Of a stretch of 64,000 bases of DNA, positions 1-8,919 are shown piece after piece (position 1 is the first letter of the stretch; every line of letters begins with the position of its first letter). The notes under the pieces are model-generated. The model worked only from the letters and a program-made list of their open reading frames with translations. It made no database searches and had not been told where the DNA came from. The position numbers were made by a program, and so were the translations under genes. This DNA is from Candidatus Zixiibacteriota bacterium (GTDB lineage Bacteria; Zixibacteria; MSB-5A5; GN15; FEB-12). The stretch covers positions 101,578 through 165,577 of the forward strand of contig JACZXB010000004.1 in the NCBI GenBank assembly GCA_022571845.1, in the 5' to 3' direction.

Positions 1-2
1 CT

Positions 3-251
3 AAGGGCGTCTGGCAGCAAACCTGGGTGGATAACAGCGGCAACTATATGGACTTTGTAGGTATCTTCGAGAATGAGAAAATGACTTTGGGCCGTTCGTT
101 TGTTGGTCCCAAAGGGAAAACAGTTATGCAGCGGATGATTTTTTCTAATATTAGTGACAGCAGCTTAGACTGGAGCTGGGAGTCATCACTGGATGGCGGC
201 AAGAACTGGAAGCAGAATTGGCTGATTCATTATGAGCGAACTATAGAGTAG
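3..251 (+). CDS. 3' fragment of a small beta-rich protein (DUF1579-like); 5' end lies outside the window
   Basis: The frame is open from the window edge to the stop at 249-251. The sequence ...WSWESSLDGGKNWKQNWLIHYER resembles the C-terminus of DUF1579-type proteins, from memory only. Confidence 0.35.
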   Translation, partial: KGVWQQTWVDNSGNYMDFVGIFENEKMTLGRSFVGPKGKTVMQRMIFSNISDSSLDWSWESSLDGGKNWKQNWLIHYERTIE

Positions 252-302
252 CTGGATATTTGGATTTTCTAAAACTGCACCGGGCTCCGGAAATGCAGAG
301 TA

Positions 303-1727
303 TCATGCACTTACACTATCCTTAATTTGGTTAATCATTTCAGCGGCCGTCAATGATCGTGCTCTTAAGCGCCGGGATTCCATTAATATATTATGATAGA
401 TTCCAATCATCTCAGGAAATTCCGGATTGTAAAAGGCTCCCGGATGAAACAGGACTGTCATCGCCCCTCCTATTCGACTGAGATGATGCATCATAGCAGA
501 ATAGACTTTTAAAGCATCACGGCCGTATTGACGTACGATTGTCGAATCCATTATCGTCATTGGAACTTCCCACATTTCAATGGTCTTACTGGCGGACCTG
601 TCGAATACTTGAAAACAGCCGGCAATACCGTTTCGATATCCTATAAAATCTGAAAAGCCCGATGATTCATCGACGCGAATTCCAAACTGACTGAGAAATG
701 AAAAAGACTTGTCAGGGTCAAAGCGAAGATAATGTGCTCTGCCCGAAATTATCCGGATATTAATCACACTTTGCAATTCGGCGTACTGACTGGCAAATAA
801 GTCGCTATTAAGAAAAGTGTCGTAGTTGTAGTGAATACCCTTTCCCCAATGAAGCGGGATCACTTTGCAAAGTTCAGGTATCGGTTTTAAACCGTTTCGC
901 GCTCCGAATCTTCCGGCCGTACCATTCAAGAGATAAAAAGTTGAAGTAAAGCCGAAAGAACGTTCCAGATCAATCATGCCGGTGACGTTATCGAAATAAA
1001 AGCGACGGGGAATGACGGCGTTTTTGGCGATCCACCGGATGTTGCTCAGTTTTGGAAACCTTAGCCGACGTAGCGGCTCTATTACCCGAAAGGCGCGAAC
1101 GGCCTGGGTCCAAAAGTCGTTGCCATAGAGGACATCGCAATCATGCGACAGGCTGATTACCGGAGCCTTGACGGCATCTTTTAAATTTAAGAAAGGTTCC
1201 CCTTTTTCTTGCAAACCCAGACATCCTGCTGCCAGTACGGCGGTTGCTTCATTGAAGGCAGGAACCTCGAGCAAGCCGCACTCTTTACGCTGCGAGTAAG
1301 CTGCTACAAATCTTCCGTGACTGTCCCTTTGAATTGATTCTGCTTCTTCACCAAAGGTCAGAAGTTTATACAAATTACCGAAGAGATTCCAGCCAGGAAT
1401 TAAGGTTCCCTCTTTGTGCCGATACCAGAGAGGTGTTAATTCATTGGGAATGGCGGTCCAGCCCAGATTATGTGGTCTGTCGATTCTGTTCCAGAGTGTT
1501 AGTTTGGTGCCGCTGAAGTCTACTTTGTAAGGTTCCACGGGAACTGACGAAATTGGAATATCATACGGAATAGCAATTATTTTTTCTTTGATAGTGATGG
1601 CGTCATTGTAGGGAAGAAACCTGACTAAATGACTATCAAACAGGTGAGTAACTTTTGGGGCAAAAAACAGTTTCAGATGATTCAATATCTGGCTGTGTAA
1701 GTACTGAACTTCGGGCGGAAGACTCAT
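303..1727 (-). CDS. Hypothetical protein, possibly a polysaccharide-deacetylase-like / carbohydrate-modifying enzyme
   Basis: Long ORF. The internal ATG at 1727 forms an ATGA overlap with the stop of the upstream GNAT gene, so 1727 is preferred over the track start at 1766. The His/Asp-rich segments (SHDCDVLYGNDFW, VLFHPGAFYNPEFPE) are only weakly diagnostic. Confidence 0.45.
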   Translation of the reverse strand: MSLPPEVQYLHSQILNHLKLFFAPKVTHLFDSHLVRFLPYNDAITIKEKIIAIPYDIPISSVPVEPYKVDFSGTKLTLWNRIDRPHNLGWTAIPNELTPLWYRHKEGTLIPGWNLFGNLYKLLTFGEEAESIQRDSHGRFVAAYSQRKECGLLEVPAFNEATAVLAAGCLGLQEKGEPFLNLKDAVKAPVISLSHDCDVLYGNDFWTQAVRAFRVIEPLRRLRFPKLSNIRWIAKNAVIPRRFYFDNVTGMIDLERSFGFTSTFYLLNGTAGRFGARNGLKPIPELCKVIPLHWGKGIHYNYDTFLNSDLFASQYAELQSVINIRIISGRAHYLRFDPDKSFSFLSQFGIRVDESSGFSDFIGYRNGIAGCFQVFDRSASKTIEMWEVPMTIMDSTIVRQYGRDALKVYSAMMHHLSRIGGAMTVLFHPGAFYNPEFPEMIGIYHNILMESRRLRARSLTAAEMINQIKDSVSA

Positions 1728-2854
1728 CCGTGCAAGCCTTGGGTAAATGCTCTGGTTATATACCATTCGTTAAAGTTATCAGCCGCTGACCTGCTGCTAC
1801 CGCCATCGCAGTCATAAAGTACAAAGGCATGTCCTCGCTTTATGTGAAAAAACCCAACTTTCTTTGCTACCCTTGTAACGATACGGTCGAACGGATGCTC
1901 ATTGACATGCCAGCTTCGGATTCCATAAGCGCCCATGTTCCTAGTACGAATAACGGCTTCCAGTAGTAGTTCACGAACCAGGCTCTCTGTACTGATTCTC
2001 GACTCATCTCCATTTACCATTAAATCAATTAGATAGCCCATGCCGTCGTCGCCTAAAGAGAATGCAACCCATCCCAATAATTCTTTTTCGAAAAATATTC
2101 CCGCGATATTGCTGCGCACATAGGGATTAGTAAAAAAGCGCCATTTGAAATAATTCGAATCGCGATAGATAGTTCTGCCGCCCCATCTGTCAATGAAGCG
2201 CTGGCATACTTCGGCGGTTTCATCAGTAGGGTCGCATATGTTTTCTAACTTAAGACCGGTCAGTTTTACTCTCCTTTGCATTGATATTTTAAATGCTGCA
2301 ACAGACTGTGCGATTCTTCCGCCGGCATGAGCAACTATATTTCTAAGTGATCTCTTGATTGTCGATTGTGTTCCAGAAGTCCCTTTGGCCAACAGCATGG
2401 AAATTGCTTTTTGTGAAAAGGGAATGAACAATTGTTCAGTTCGGGCAGAAATGCTAAAGTCTAGCCTCGTGAAGGCTTTTGCGGCCGGTGTGAAGCCCCA
2501 GATATTGACATAGTTGTGCTCTTTGGCATAGTTAAAAAGGACCGTATACATTCGCTCAAACAGTTTGTTACCGCGAAACTGCGGGTCGACTAAAGTTTCC
2601 TCTGATTTTGCTGTCCAGTAAACGCCTGTTCTATCAATCATCCGGATAGGAATGAGCGCCTGAGTACCGACAATCTGTCCCTGATTAACAGCAACTGCGA
2701 AAGGAACAGAGCTTGAATTGTAAAGGTTGGATTTGAACTCCCACTGCCATTGTTCAAACGAGCGGGATTTCTTGTAGAGCTTATTATGGAACAGATTGCA
2801 GGCCTGCATTTCAGAGTCTTCAACTAATCTTACCAGTATATCCTGCTCTGTCAC
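1724..2854 (-). CDS. GNAT-family N-acetyltransferase (large, two-lobed type)
   Basis: Acetyl-CoA-binding-like segment TLVDPQFRGNKLFERMY (Q/R-x-x-G-x-G/A-like). Length and layout are typical of about 370-aa GNAT proteins. Confidence 0.6.
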   Translation of the reverse strand: MTEQDILVRLVEDSEMQACNLFHNKLYKKSRSFEQWQWEFKSNLYNSSSVPFAVAVNQGQIVGTQALIPIRMIDRTGVYWTAKSEETLVDPQFRGNKLFERMYTVLFNYAKEHNYVNIWGFTPAAKAFTRLDFSISARTEQLFIPFSQKAISMLLAKGTSGTQSTIKRSLRNIVAHAGGRIAQSVAAFKISMQRRVKLTGLKLENICDPTDETAEVCQRFIDRWGGRTIYRDSNYFKWRFFTNPYVRSNIAGIFFEKELLGWVAFSLGDDGMGYLIDLMVNGDESRISTESLVRELLLEAVIRTRNMGAYGIRSWHVNEHPFDRIVTRVAKKVGFFHIKRGHAFVLYDCDGGSSRSAADNFNEWYITRAFTQGLHG

Positions 2855-3152
2855 TAGTTGTGCTATCGAATCCTTCCCAAAAATAACTGTAGCGTTGGCT
2901 CAAAATATATGAGCCGCTTAATCAAATAGCAAGATGCCGCTTTGGCAAAATATCAAAACAGTTATCAATCTCTGTCGCAATAATTTATTAGTAATATCAG
3001 TTGTATAACCGGACTTCAACCGCTACCGTGGGTATCAATTGCTGTAAGACAATGCCGACTATGTTTTTAATCTTTTCATAAGAACTTTATAGAAAAACAT
3101 TCCCCACCGGCAGCGCTTGCTTTTAAGCCATCAGATTACTTATTATTCCATT

Positions 3153-3611
3153 ATGACAGAAACTGACAGAATTTTAGAGCAACTCAATAGAGCCTTCTAC
3201 AAAGAGGCCTGGCACGGACCTGCCTTTCTGGAAATACTTAATGGAGTAACCGCAAAGCAGGCCTCAAAACATTCGCTAGCAGAGGTACACTCTATCTGGG
3301 AAATTGTATTGCATACTAAGACCTGGATTGAGGCGGTCCGTATAAGGTGCGTGGGCAAAGAGTTCAATGTTTCCGATGAACAGGACTGGCCAAAAGTAAC
3401 AGTATTCAGCGATGATGCCTGGCAGCAGACACTTGCTGACCTAAATGACGAACACAAAAAACTTGAGGATGTTATCGCTTCGATGAGGTCATCTGATCTT
3501 AATAAAAACGCAGCCGGAAGTTCTCTGCCGAATAGTTCTATGCTCGACAGCATCATTCATCATAATATTTATCACACCGCACAGATTGCTTTGCTAAAAA
3601 AGTTAATATAG
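3153..3611 (+). CDS. DinB-family (four-helix-bundle, metal-binding) protein
   Basis: His-containing helices HSIWEIVLHTKTW and HHNIYHTAQIALL are typical of the DinB superfamily. The ATG at 3153 is preferred over the upstream TTG at 3117. Confidence 0.65.
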   Translation: MTETDRILEQLNRAFYKEAWHGPAFLEILNGVTAKQASKHSLAEVHSIWEIVLHTKTWIEAVRIRCVGKEFNVSDEQDWPKVTVFSDDAWQQTLADLNDEHKKLEDVIASMRSSDLNKNAAGSSLPNSSMLDSIIHHNIYHTAQIALLKKLI

Positions 3612-3693
3612 TAACATCTTTGGTGTCTAAGGTGAATTAATGTAACCGGGCTGAGCCGAAAAGTTGTAATATGTAATTTTATCCGGTTATGGT

Positions 3694-6129
3694 CTAGGAT
3701 ATCGGAGACTTGGCTGGTTCTGCTTTAGCTGCCTTGGTTACCACAGTAATTGTCTTGTCCAGTTCTTCTCTTACTGCTCCGGCTAAGGTTGCCAGATCGA
3801 ACGGTTTTTTGATATATTGGCCTACCCCGAGCTTGAGTGCTTGTTCGACTCTTTCATTAGCAGAAAACCCGCTGACAATAATTGCTTTTTGCATAGGCTT
3901 GTGCTCTAACATGGCGCGATAGGAATCTAAGCCGTCTAGTTCCTGTTCCAGAATCATATCAAGTAGCACTAAATCGACTGGCTGAGAGCGTACATAGTTT
4001 ATGGCATCCCGGCCGTCTTTGGCAGTAATAACTTCGTAGCCCAGAGCAGACAGACTGTCTGCTAAAAGAAGGCGCTGTTCTTCAGCATCATCTACTACCA
4101 GTATAGTTTCTGTACCCCCGACTACGTAGGTCTCAGATGGCAGCTCCGGCATGGCTTCGTTTGTTGCCGGGAAAAATAGCTTAAATTCAGTTCCCTTTCC
4201 CAGTTCTGACTGGATATCATAGTAACCTTGATGATCTTTTACGATGGCGTAAACTACCGACAATCCTAAGCCGCTGCCGCTGCGCCCTTGCATTTCTTTG
4301 TTTGAGAAATATGGTTCGAAGATTTTACTCATATCTTCGGGACGTATACCGCAGCCAGTGTCTTTAACGCTCATAACAACATATGCGCCGGCCGCTATAG
4401 TCTTGGTGCCCATCTGCATTCCGTCGGTTTGGAGGGTGAATGTTTTAATCGTCAGTTCTCCCTCCTCCCCCATAGCATCCATGGCGTTGACAATCAGGTT
4501 CATGATGACTTTGGAGAGGTGTGGAGATGATCCTCTGATTGGTGAGAGATCCGGGTCAAATTCTGTCTTGATTGTAATTTTGGGATATCGTCGGGCTAAA
4601 TCTTCAAATCCGGGCGAGTCAAGATATTCTCTAATCATCTCGTTGGAATCCATGGCAACAAGTTTATATCTTCCTCGTCTGGCCATTGTCAAAAGATCCT
4701 GGACTACGCTGGCCGCGTCGCGGGCGGCTCTTTCAATTCGCTTGAGTTGTTTTCTGACCGGGCTGTCCTTTGGAAGTTTTCTCATAATCAGTTCTGGATA
4801 ACCGACCAAAGGTCCCAGTACGTTGTTTAGATCGTGGGCAACACCGCCTGCTAAAAGACCGAGAGATTTCATCCGTTCAGCTTTTTCGAGTTGGCTCTGG
4901 AGTTCTTCATTTTTCCGTTCTTCTTCAACCTCGTGGCGAATGTCTCTCATTATTGTGCTAAGATAAAGAGGTTTACCAGTAATATTGTCCTTAGTCATAA
5001 AAACGCTCGCCTCGCAAAGTATAGGTTCGCCGGTCTTGAAGTCTTTGAGTTCTAACCTACCTCTCCAGATACCGTTTTTGAAAACGGCAGGAAATACAGT
5101 TTCCTCTATTATTTTTAAATGGTCTGCAGTATGAAAATCTTTTATGCGCAGCGTTGATATTTGTATTGTGGGATCTATATTTACGAGCCTGCATCCTGCC
5201 GGATTAACATACAGAGCTTGCCCATCTAAGGTTGCTATCGCAATAAAATCCGGAAAGTGACTTACAATTGTTTGAAGTTTTGAGCGCTCGCCTTCGGCAA
5301 TGAATTTTAACTCTTTCTCCTTCTGCAGAGTCAGCCTCTCTGTCTCCCGTAATCTGGTGATATCACGGAAAACAGATACGCAACCTATAAACGTGCCTCG
5401 CGTGTCTTTCATAGAATCAATTGTGATTTCAATCGGGATTTCATTTCCCGAGTCGTTCATCAGCTTGAAATTTCTTGTTAGTTCGTAATTTTCAAGTTCC
5501 TCCAGTCGCCTGCGAGTTGGGTACTCAAAAGGATTGCCGGTATTTTCGTCTACAAGCTTCAGAACATCCTTTATAGGTATGCCGATGGCATTATCAGCGT
5601 TATAACCAGTCAGCATTTCTGCCGCGGGGTTCATAAAGACGACTTGATTCTGACAGTCCGAAGCGATAACAGCATCTCCGATGCTCCACAGAACAGTTTG
5701 CAGCCAGGTTCGATGCGCCCTTAGTTCCTTTCCCAATTTATGGCGATGAAGGGCGATATCTATTGTAGTCTGAATCTCTATGTCTTCGAAGGGTTTTAAG
5801 AGAAAGGCAAGTGGACCTGCGGATTTTGCGCGTTCAATAGTGGCAGTATCTGAATTTGCAGACAGGAAAACTATGGGGAGATCAAACTCTGTTCTAATGA
5901 GAGAAGCAGTCTCAATACCATCAATATCTCCCTTGATTAGAATATCCATCAGGACGATATCAGGAAGTTCTTCTTTAATCAGGCGTATGGCGTCACGGCC
6001 GTTACTTACAGTAGAAGGTACTTCGTACCCCAACTGCTCCAATCGCTTCTTTATATCTAAAGCTGCAGTTATTTCATCTTCTACTACCAGGATTTTTGGC
6101 TTTGCTTTGTTGTCAAGTTCGAGTTGCAA
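3694..6129 (-). CDS. Hybrid sensor histidine kinase / response regulator (REC-PAS-PAS-HisKA-HATPase-REC)
   Basis: N-terminal receiver (ILVVEDE...DIVLMDI...KP). PAS-like segments. H-box GGVAHDLNNVLGPL. ATPase N/G boxes (NLIVNAMDAM, DTGCGI, GSGLGL). C-terminal receiver (ILVVDD...DLVLLDM...KKP). TTG start. Confidence 0.9.
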   Translation of the reverse strand: MQLELDNKAKPKILVVEDEITAALDIKKRLEQLGYEVPSTVSNGRDAIRLIKEELPDIVLMDILIKGDIDGIETASLIRTEFDLPIVFLSANSDTATIERAKSAGPLAFLLKPFEDIEIQTTIDIALHRHKLGKELRAHRTWLQTVLWSIGDAVIASDCQNQVVFMNPAAEMLTGYNADNAIGIPIKDVLKLVDENTGNPFEYPTRRRLEELENYELTRNFKLMNDSGNEIPIEITIDSMKDTRGTFIGCVSVFRDITRLRETERLTLQKEKELKFIAEGERSKLQTIVSHFPDFIAIATLDGQALYVNPAGCRLVNIDPTIQISTLRIKDFHTADHLKIIEETVFPAVFKNGIWRGRLELKDFKTGEPILCEASVFMTKDNITGKPLYLSTIMRDIRHEVEEERKNEELQSQLEKAERMKSLGLLAGGVAHDLNNVLGPLVGYPELIMRKLPKDSPVRKQLKRIERAARDAASVVQDLLTMARRGRYKLVAMDSNEMIREYLDSPGFEDLARRYPKITIKTEFDPDLSPIRGSSPHLSKVIMNLIVNAMDAMGEEGELTIKTFTLQTDGMQMGTKTIAAGAYVVMSVKDTGCGIRPEDMSKIFEPYFSNKEMQGRSGSGLGLSVVYAIVKDHQGYYDIQSELGKGTEFKLFFPATNEAMPELPSETYVVGGTETILVVDDAEEQRLLLADSLSALGYEVITAKDGRDAINYVRSQPVDLVLLDMILEQELDGLDSYRAMLEHKPMQKAIIVSGFSANERVEQALKLGVGQYIKKPFDLATLAGAVREELDKTITVVTKAAKAEPAKSPIS

Positions 6130-6581
6130 ACTTCATCCCAAGGTATTCTGTGAGCTATCTGCGCGGTGGTTAGCCCTGAGTAAAGCTTGGACCTTCAAGG
6201 TGTTAGCAAAAAACATGGATAGCTCGATGTTAGTCAAGGTTGTCTATTCAAACTAATAGGTCCACCACTCCAACTGTATATATCGACTATACTTGTTGAT
6301 TACTTAGGGATTACCCCCCTTATTGGCATGCAATCAGCGATTGGCTTAACTGCTTGGTTATGAAAGGTCTGCCAGACAGTAACCGGGAGATGATCCCCTG
6401 GCGAAAAGCTGCCAGCTACATGAGCAGCCTACTTTGGTCGCTATAGTTTTCAATTGAAACATAAACTGTTCCACAGAGTGTGCCCTCACTCCCATAGAGA
6501 TGTTTCAACCCATCTTAGCAAGCCCCTCAAAATCACCCAGTAACTGACTGGGACACAACGCCTTAAAACTAAATTTCAGTT

Positions 6582-6597
6582 TGGCACAGCTACTGCA
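6582..6597 (+). promoter_or_regulatory. Candidate sigma54 (-24/-12) promoter for the pilin-like gene array
   Basis: TGGCAC-agcta-CTGCA compared with the consensus TGGCAC-N5-TTGCW. The GG-N10-GC spacing is exact. It lies about 50 nt upstream of the ATG at 6648, which has an AAGGAG RBS at 6633-6638. Confidence 0.6.
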
Positions 6598-6647
6598 CTT
6601 AGACTTAAGTGGAAACAGTGCAACGCACTCAAAAGGAGCAGATTCTA

Positions 6648-7172
6648 ATGAAAAATATTATTACCAGAGCAGCTGTTGTTCTTCTACTCGCTGTTTTTAT
6701 GGTACCAAGCGCCATAAGCCAGGAAATAGGTATAATTCAGGCCACAGCAACCGTAATCTCCAGTTTAAGCATACTGGGTTCTAATAACTTAGTCTTTGGG
6801 TCAGTCACCCCCGGGATAAACAAAATTGTTCCCAGAACTTCAGCCGGATTTGCCGGCGAATGGTCGATTACAGGAACAAGTCTTTCAGAACTCTCTTTGA
6901 CTCTTACCCTGCCGACTGTTCTTGACCATACTTCGGCAGCCGCTACCATGCCGATCAGTTTTAGCAGTACCGACGCTGCCATAAGTGACGGCACTGGCAG
7001 CCAATCAGCCCCCAATGCAGTAGTCGACCCCAACGGCCCTTCGGTTTTCAGATTAGGAGCAGGCGGTCTAATGTATGTTTGGTTAGGCGGAACAGTTCAA
7101 CCGTCAATAGCACAAAGCGGCGGGGATTATGCCTCGAATGTAACTTTGACAATTGCTTATACCGGCAATTAA
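6648..7172 (+). CDS. Secreted pilin-like subunit A (DUF4402 / spore-coat-protein-U-like fold candidate)
   Basis: AAGGAG RBS 9 nt upstream. Signal peptide MKNIITRAAVVLLLAVFMVPSAIS. N-terminal alternating strand ATATVISSLSI, then NLVFGSV, and C-terminal strand NVTLTIAYTGN shared with its paralogs. Confidence 0.75.
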   Translation: MKNIITRAAVVLLLAVFMVPSAISQEIGIIQATATVISSLSILGSNNLVFGSVTPGINKIVPRTSAGFAGEWSITGTSLSELSLTLTLPTVLDHTSAAATMPISFSSTDAAISDGTGSQSAPNAVVDPNGPSVFRLGAGGLMYVWLGGTVQPSIAQSGGDYASNVTLTIAYTGN

Positions 7173-7205
7173 TATCCGAAAAGTGAGAGGGAGGGCCTGC
7201 CCTTA

Positions 7206-7233
7206 TTGACAAATTTACGTTTTTGAGTATGTT
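7206..7233 (+). promoter_or_regulatory. Possible sigma70-type promoter (TTGACA-16 nt-TATGTT)
   Basis: Hexamers were read directly from the sequence upstream of the ORF at 7269. The promoter consensus for this lineage is unknown. Confidence 0.25.
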
Positions 7234-7268
7234 GTTGATGTACTTGTCAATTTACATCAACGGCAGAA

Positions 7269-7700
7269 ATGAAACGATTATACTATTGTATTCTAATATT
7301 CGGATTATTCTACGGCGGAATTAAATCTGCATATGCGGAGCCGTCTGTAAACCTTTCTAACTCTGCCGATATTCAGGTTAGCGCAACAGTAATCAATCCA
7401 GTCGGATTCGTCGCTCGGATATCTGAAAAACAAGCTCAACTAACTGGAAAAGCAATTGAATTTACTTCAAGCCGTAAAATTTCTGTTCTAACTAGAGGAA
7501 ATACTCTTCTGGAAATTGAAAACGGTCAGAGAAAATTCTTTTTAATCTCATCTGAAGATTTTGGCCACTCTTCTTTTGATAATAATCTGCTCAGGTCTAA
7601 TATTACGCCATTGATATTAGTGATACCGGCGGAATTGTTCAGCAGGTCAATAACCGATTCTTCGCACTATCTGATTACACTAATTACAATCTCAGATTAG
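7269..7700 (+). CDS. Divergent secreted subunit-like protein (possible minor, tip or terminator subunit)
   Basis: Signal peptide MKRLYYCILIFGLFYGGIKSAYA. ADIQVSATVINPVG resembles the N-terminal strand of its neighbours. The C-terminal alternating strand YLITLITISD replaces LTVAYTG. Confidence 0.55.
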   Translation: MKRLYYCILIFGLFYGGIKSAYAEPSVNLSNSADIQVSATVINPVGFVARISEKQAQLTGKAIEFTSSRKISVLTRGNTLLEIENGQRKFFLISSEDFGHSSFDNNLLRSNITPLILVIPAELFSRSITDSSHYLITLITISD

Positions 7701-7718
7701 ATTATATGCAATTTGATG

Positions 7719-7747
7719 TTGACTCAAGTAGAGCCACCGAATAAACT
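7719..7747 (+). promoter_or_regulatory. Possible sigma70-type promoter (TTGACT-17 nt-TAAACT)
   Basis: Hexamers were read directly from the sequence upstream of the gene at 7775. Confidence 0.25.
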
Positions 7748-7774
7748 TAAGTCTTGTTAACTATGGAGATTTCC

Positions 7775-8239
7775 ATGAGGCGTTTGTTCATTGGTGTCAC
7801 TTTATTCTTTCTGATAGCTGCCAGCAGCGCGGCACAGACCATTACTGTCAATAATAATTTAGTGTTTGGCGATATGTTTCCGGGGGTCCCCAATACTATT
7901 TCCAAATATACGGCAGGAGCTGCAGCTGAATTTCATGTGTCCGGCACTAATGGGGCTGAAATTTCAATACAATTTACACTTCCAACTAAACTGACAAAAA
8001 TTGGAGTTAGCATACAGCTGATTTTTTTTGATACCGATTGCGCAATTGATCACCGCCCGAATCCCGATCAATCTTCGCCCCTTTTTGATAATCTGGACCC
8101 CTGGTCAACTTTGCTATATCGATTGGGTGTTCAAGGACTAACTATCTACCTGGGCGGTACTGCTGTCCCGAGAATAGTACAGCCACCCGGTGCCTATACC
8201 GCAGATATTACTTTAACGGTAGCTTATACGGGCGCATGA
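7775..8239 (+). CDS. Secreted pilin-like subunit B (short N-terminus subtype)
   Basis: GGAG lies 6 nt before the ATG at 7775. Signal peptide ...LIAASSAAQ. The mature protein starts directly at TITVNNNLVFG and lacks the ATATV strand. The C-terminus is ITLTVAYTGA. It is the same length as, and clearly paralogous to, the next gene. Confidence 0.75.
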   Translation: MRRLFIGVTLFFLIAASSAAQTITVNNNLVFGDMFPGVPNTISKYTAGAAAEFHVSGTNGAEISIQFTLPTKLTKIGVSIQLIFFDTDCAIDHRPNPDQSSPLFDNLDPWSTLLYRLGVQGLTIYLGGTAVPRIVQPPGAYTADITLTVAYTGA

Positions 8240-8240
8240 G

Positions 8241-8705
8241 ATGAAAAATCTACTGGTTATTGCTGCCACTCTTTTACTTGCTACTATTAGCTGCCCTGCT
8301 CAGACAATTACGCTCAATAATGACCTAATATTTGGAAACGTGTTTCCGGGTATTCCCAAGACGATAACTAAGTACTCGGTAGGTTCTGCCGCAGAGTTTC
8401 ATGTGGCCGGTACCAGTGGATCTGAAATTTCAATACAATTCGCCCTGCCAACTTATATGCACGGCAGCGGATTTAATATTGAGATGATTTTCTTCAACAC
8501 TGATTGTTCAATTGATACCTTAGCAAGCCCCAGCCAAACTTCTCCTTTATTTGACAATTTAAATCCCTGGACAACATTAGTCTACAGGCTGGGTTCAGCA
8601 GGATTAACCCTCTGGCTGGGTGGTACGGCCATTCCCAAAGCAGCACAGCCACCCGGTTCTTACACTGCTACTATTGTATTAACAGTAGCCTATACTGGTG
8701 CCTGA
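8241..8705 (+). CDS. Secreted pilin-like subunit C (short N-terminus subtype)
   Basis: Starts 1 nt after the stop of subunit B. Signal peptide MKNLLVIAATLLLATISCPAQ. Collinear with B (FHVAGTSGSEISIQF, FFNTDCSID, LTVAYTGA). Confidence 0.75.
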   Translation: MKNLLVIAATLLLATISCPAQTITLNNDLIFGNVFPGIPKTITKYSVGSAAEFHVAGTSGSEISIQFALPTYMHGSGFNIEMIFFNTDCSIDTLASPSQTSPLFDNLNPWTTLVYRLGSAGLTLWLGGTAIPKAAQPPGSYTATIVLTVAYTGA

Positions 8706-8728
8706 GCAAAGCAGATGAATTTGCTCAG
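8702..8728 (+). terminator. Stem-loop overlapping the stop codon of subunit C (weak terminator or attenuator)
   Basis: CTGAGCAAA-9 nt-TTTGCTCAG forms a 9-bp stem. It is AT-rich and has no following U-run. Confidence 0.25.
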
Positions 8729-8919
8729 ATGTTGGACATTATCTCCTGACATTGATAAATATAGCTCAAATTTCATAAACTCATTTTCAGAGTAGTCGAA
8801 AATAAAGCTCATAGGCCGGGATTATCCCTTATTTGCAGCCAATTAAACCCCGGTCAGTAATAATCAATTGCGATATAATATTAAATATCGGGTAATAGCA
8901 ACCGGAAAGGGAAACCGAG

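Noticed and set aside
4298-6256. Plus-strand ORFs of 167, 62 and 158 aa.
   Set aside because: They are antisense to, or overlap, the well-supported hybrid histidine kinase gene. They have no motifs or RBS.
6324-6339. A second sigma54-like site, TGGCAT-gcaat-CAGCG, with correct GG-N10-GC spacing.
   Set aside because: The -12 element lacks the TT of TTGC. The site is about 310 bp upstream of the first gene, and the much better site at 6582-6597 is correctly placed. It is probably a chance match.
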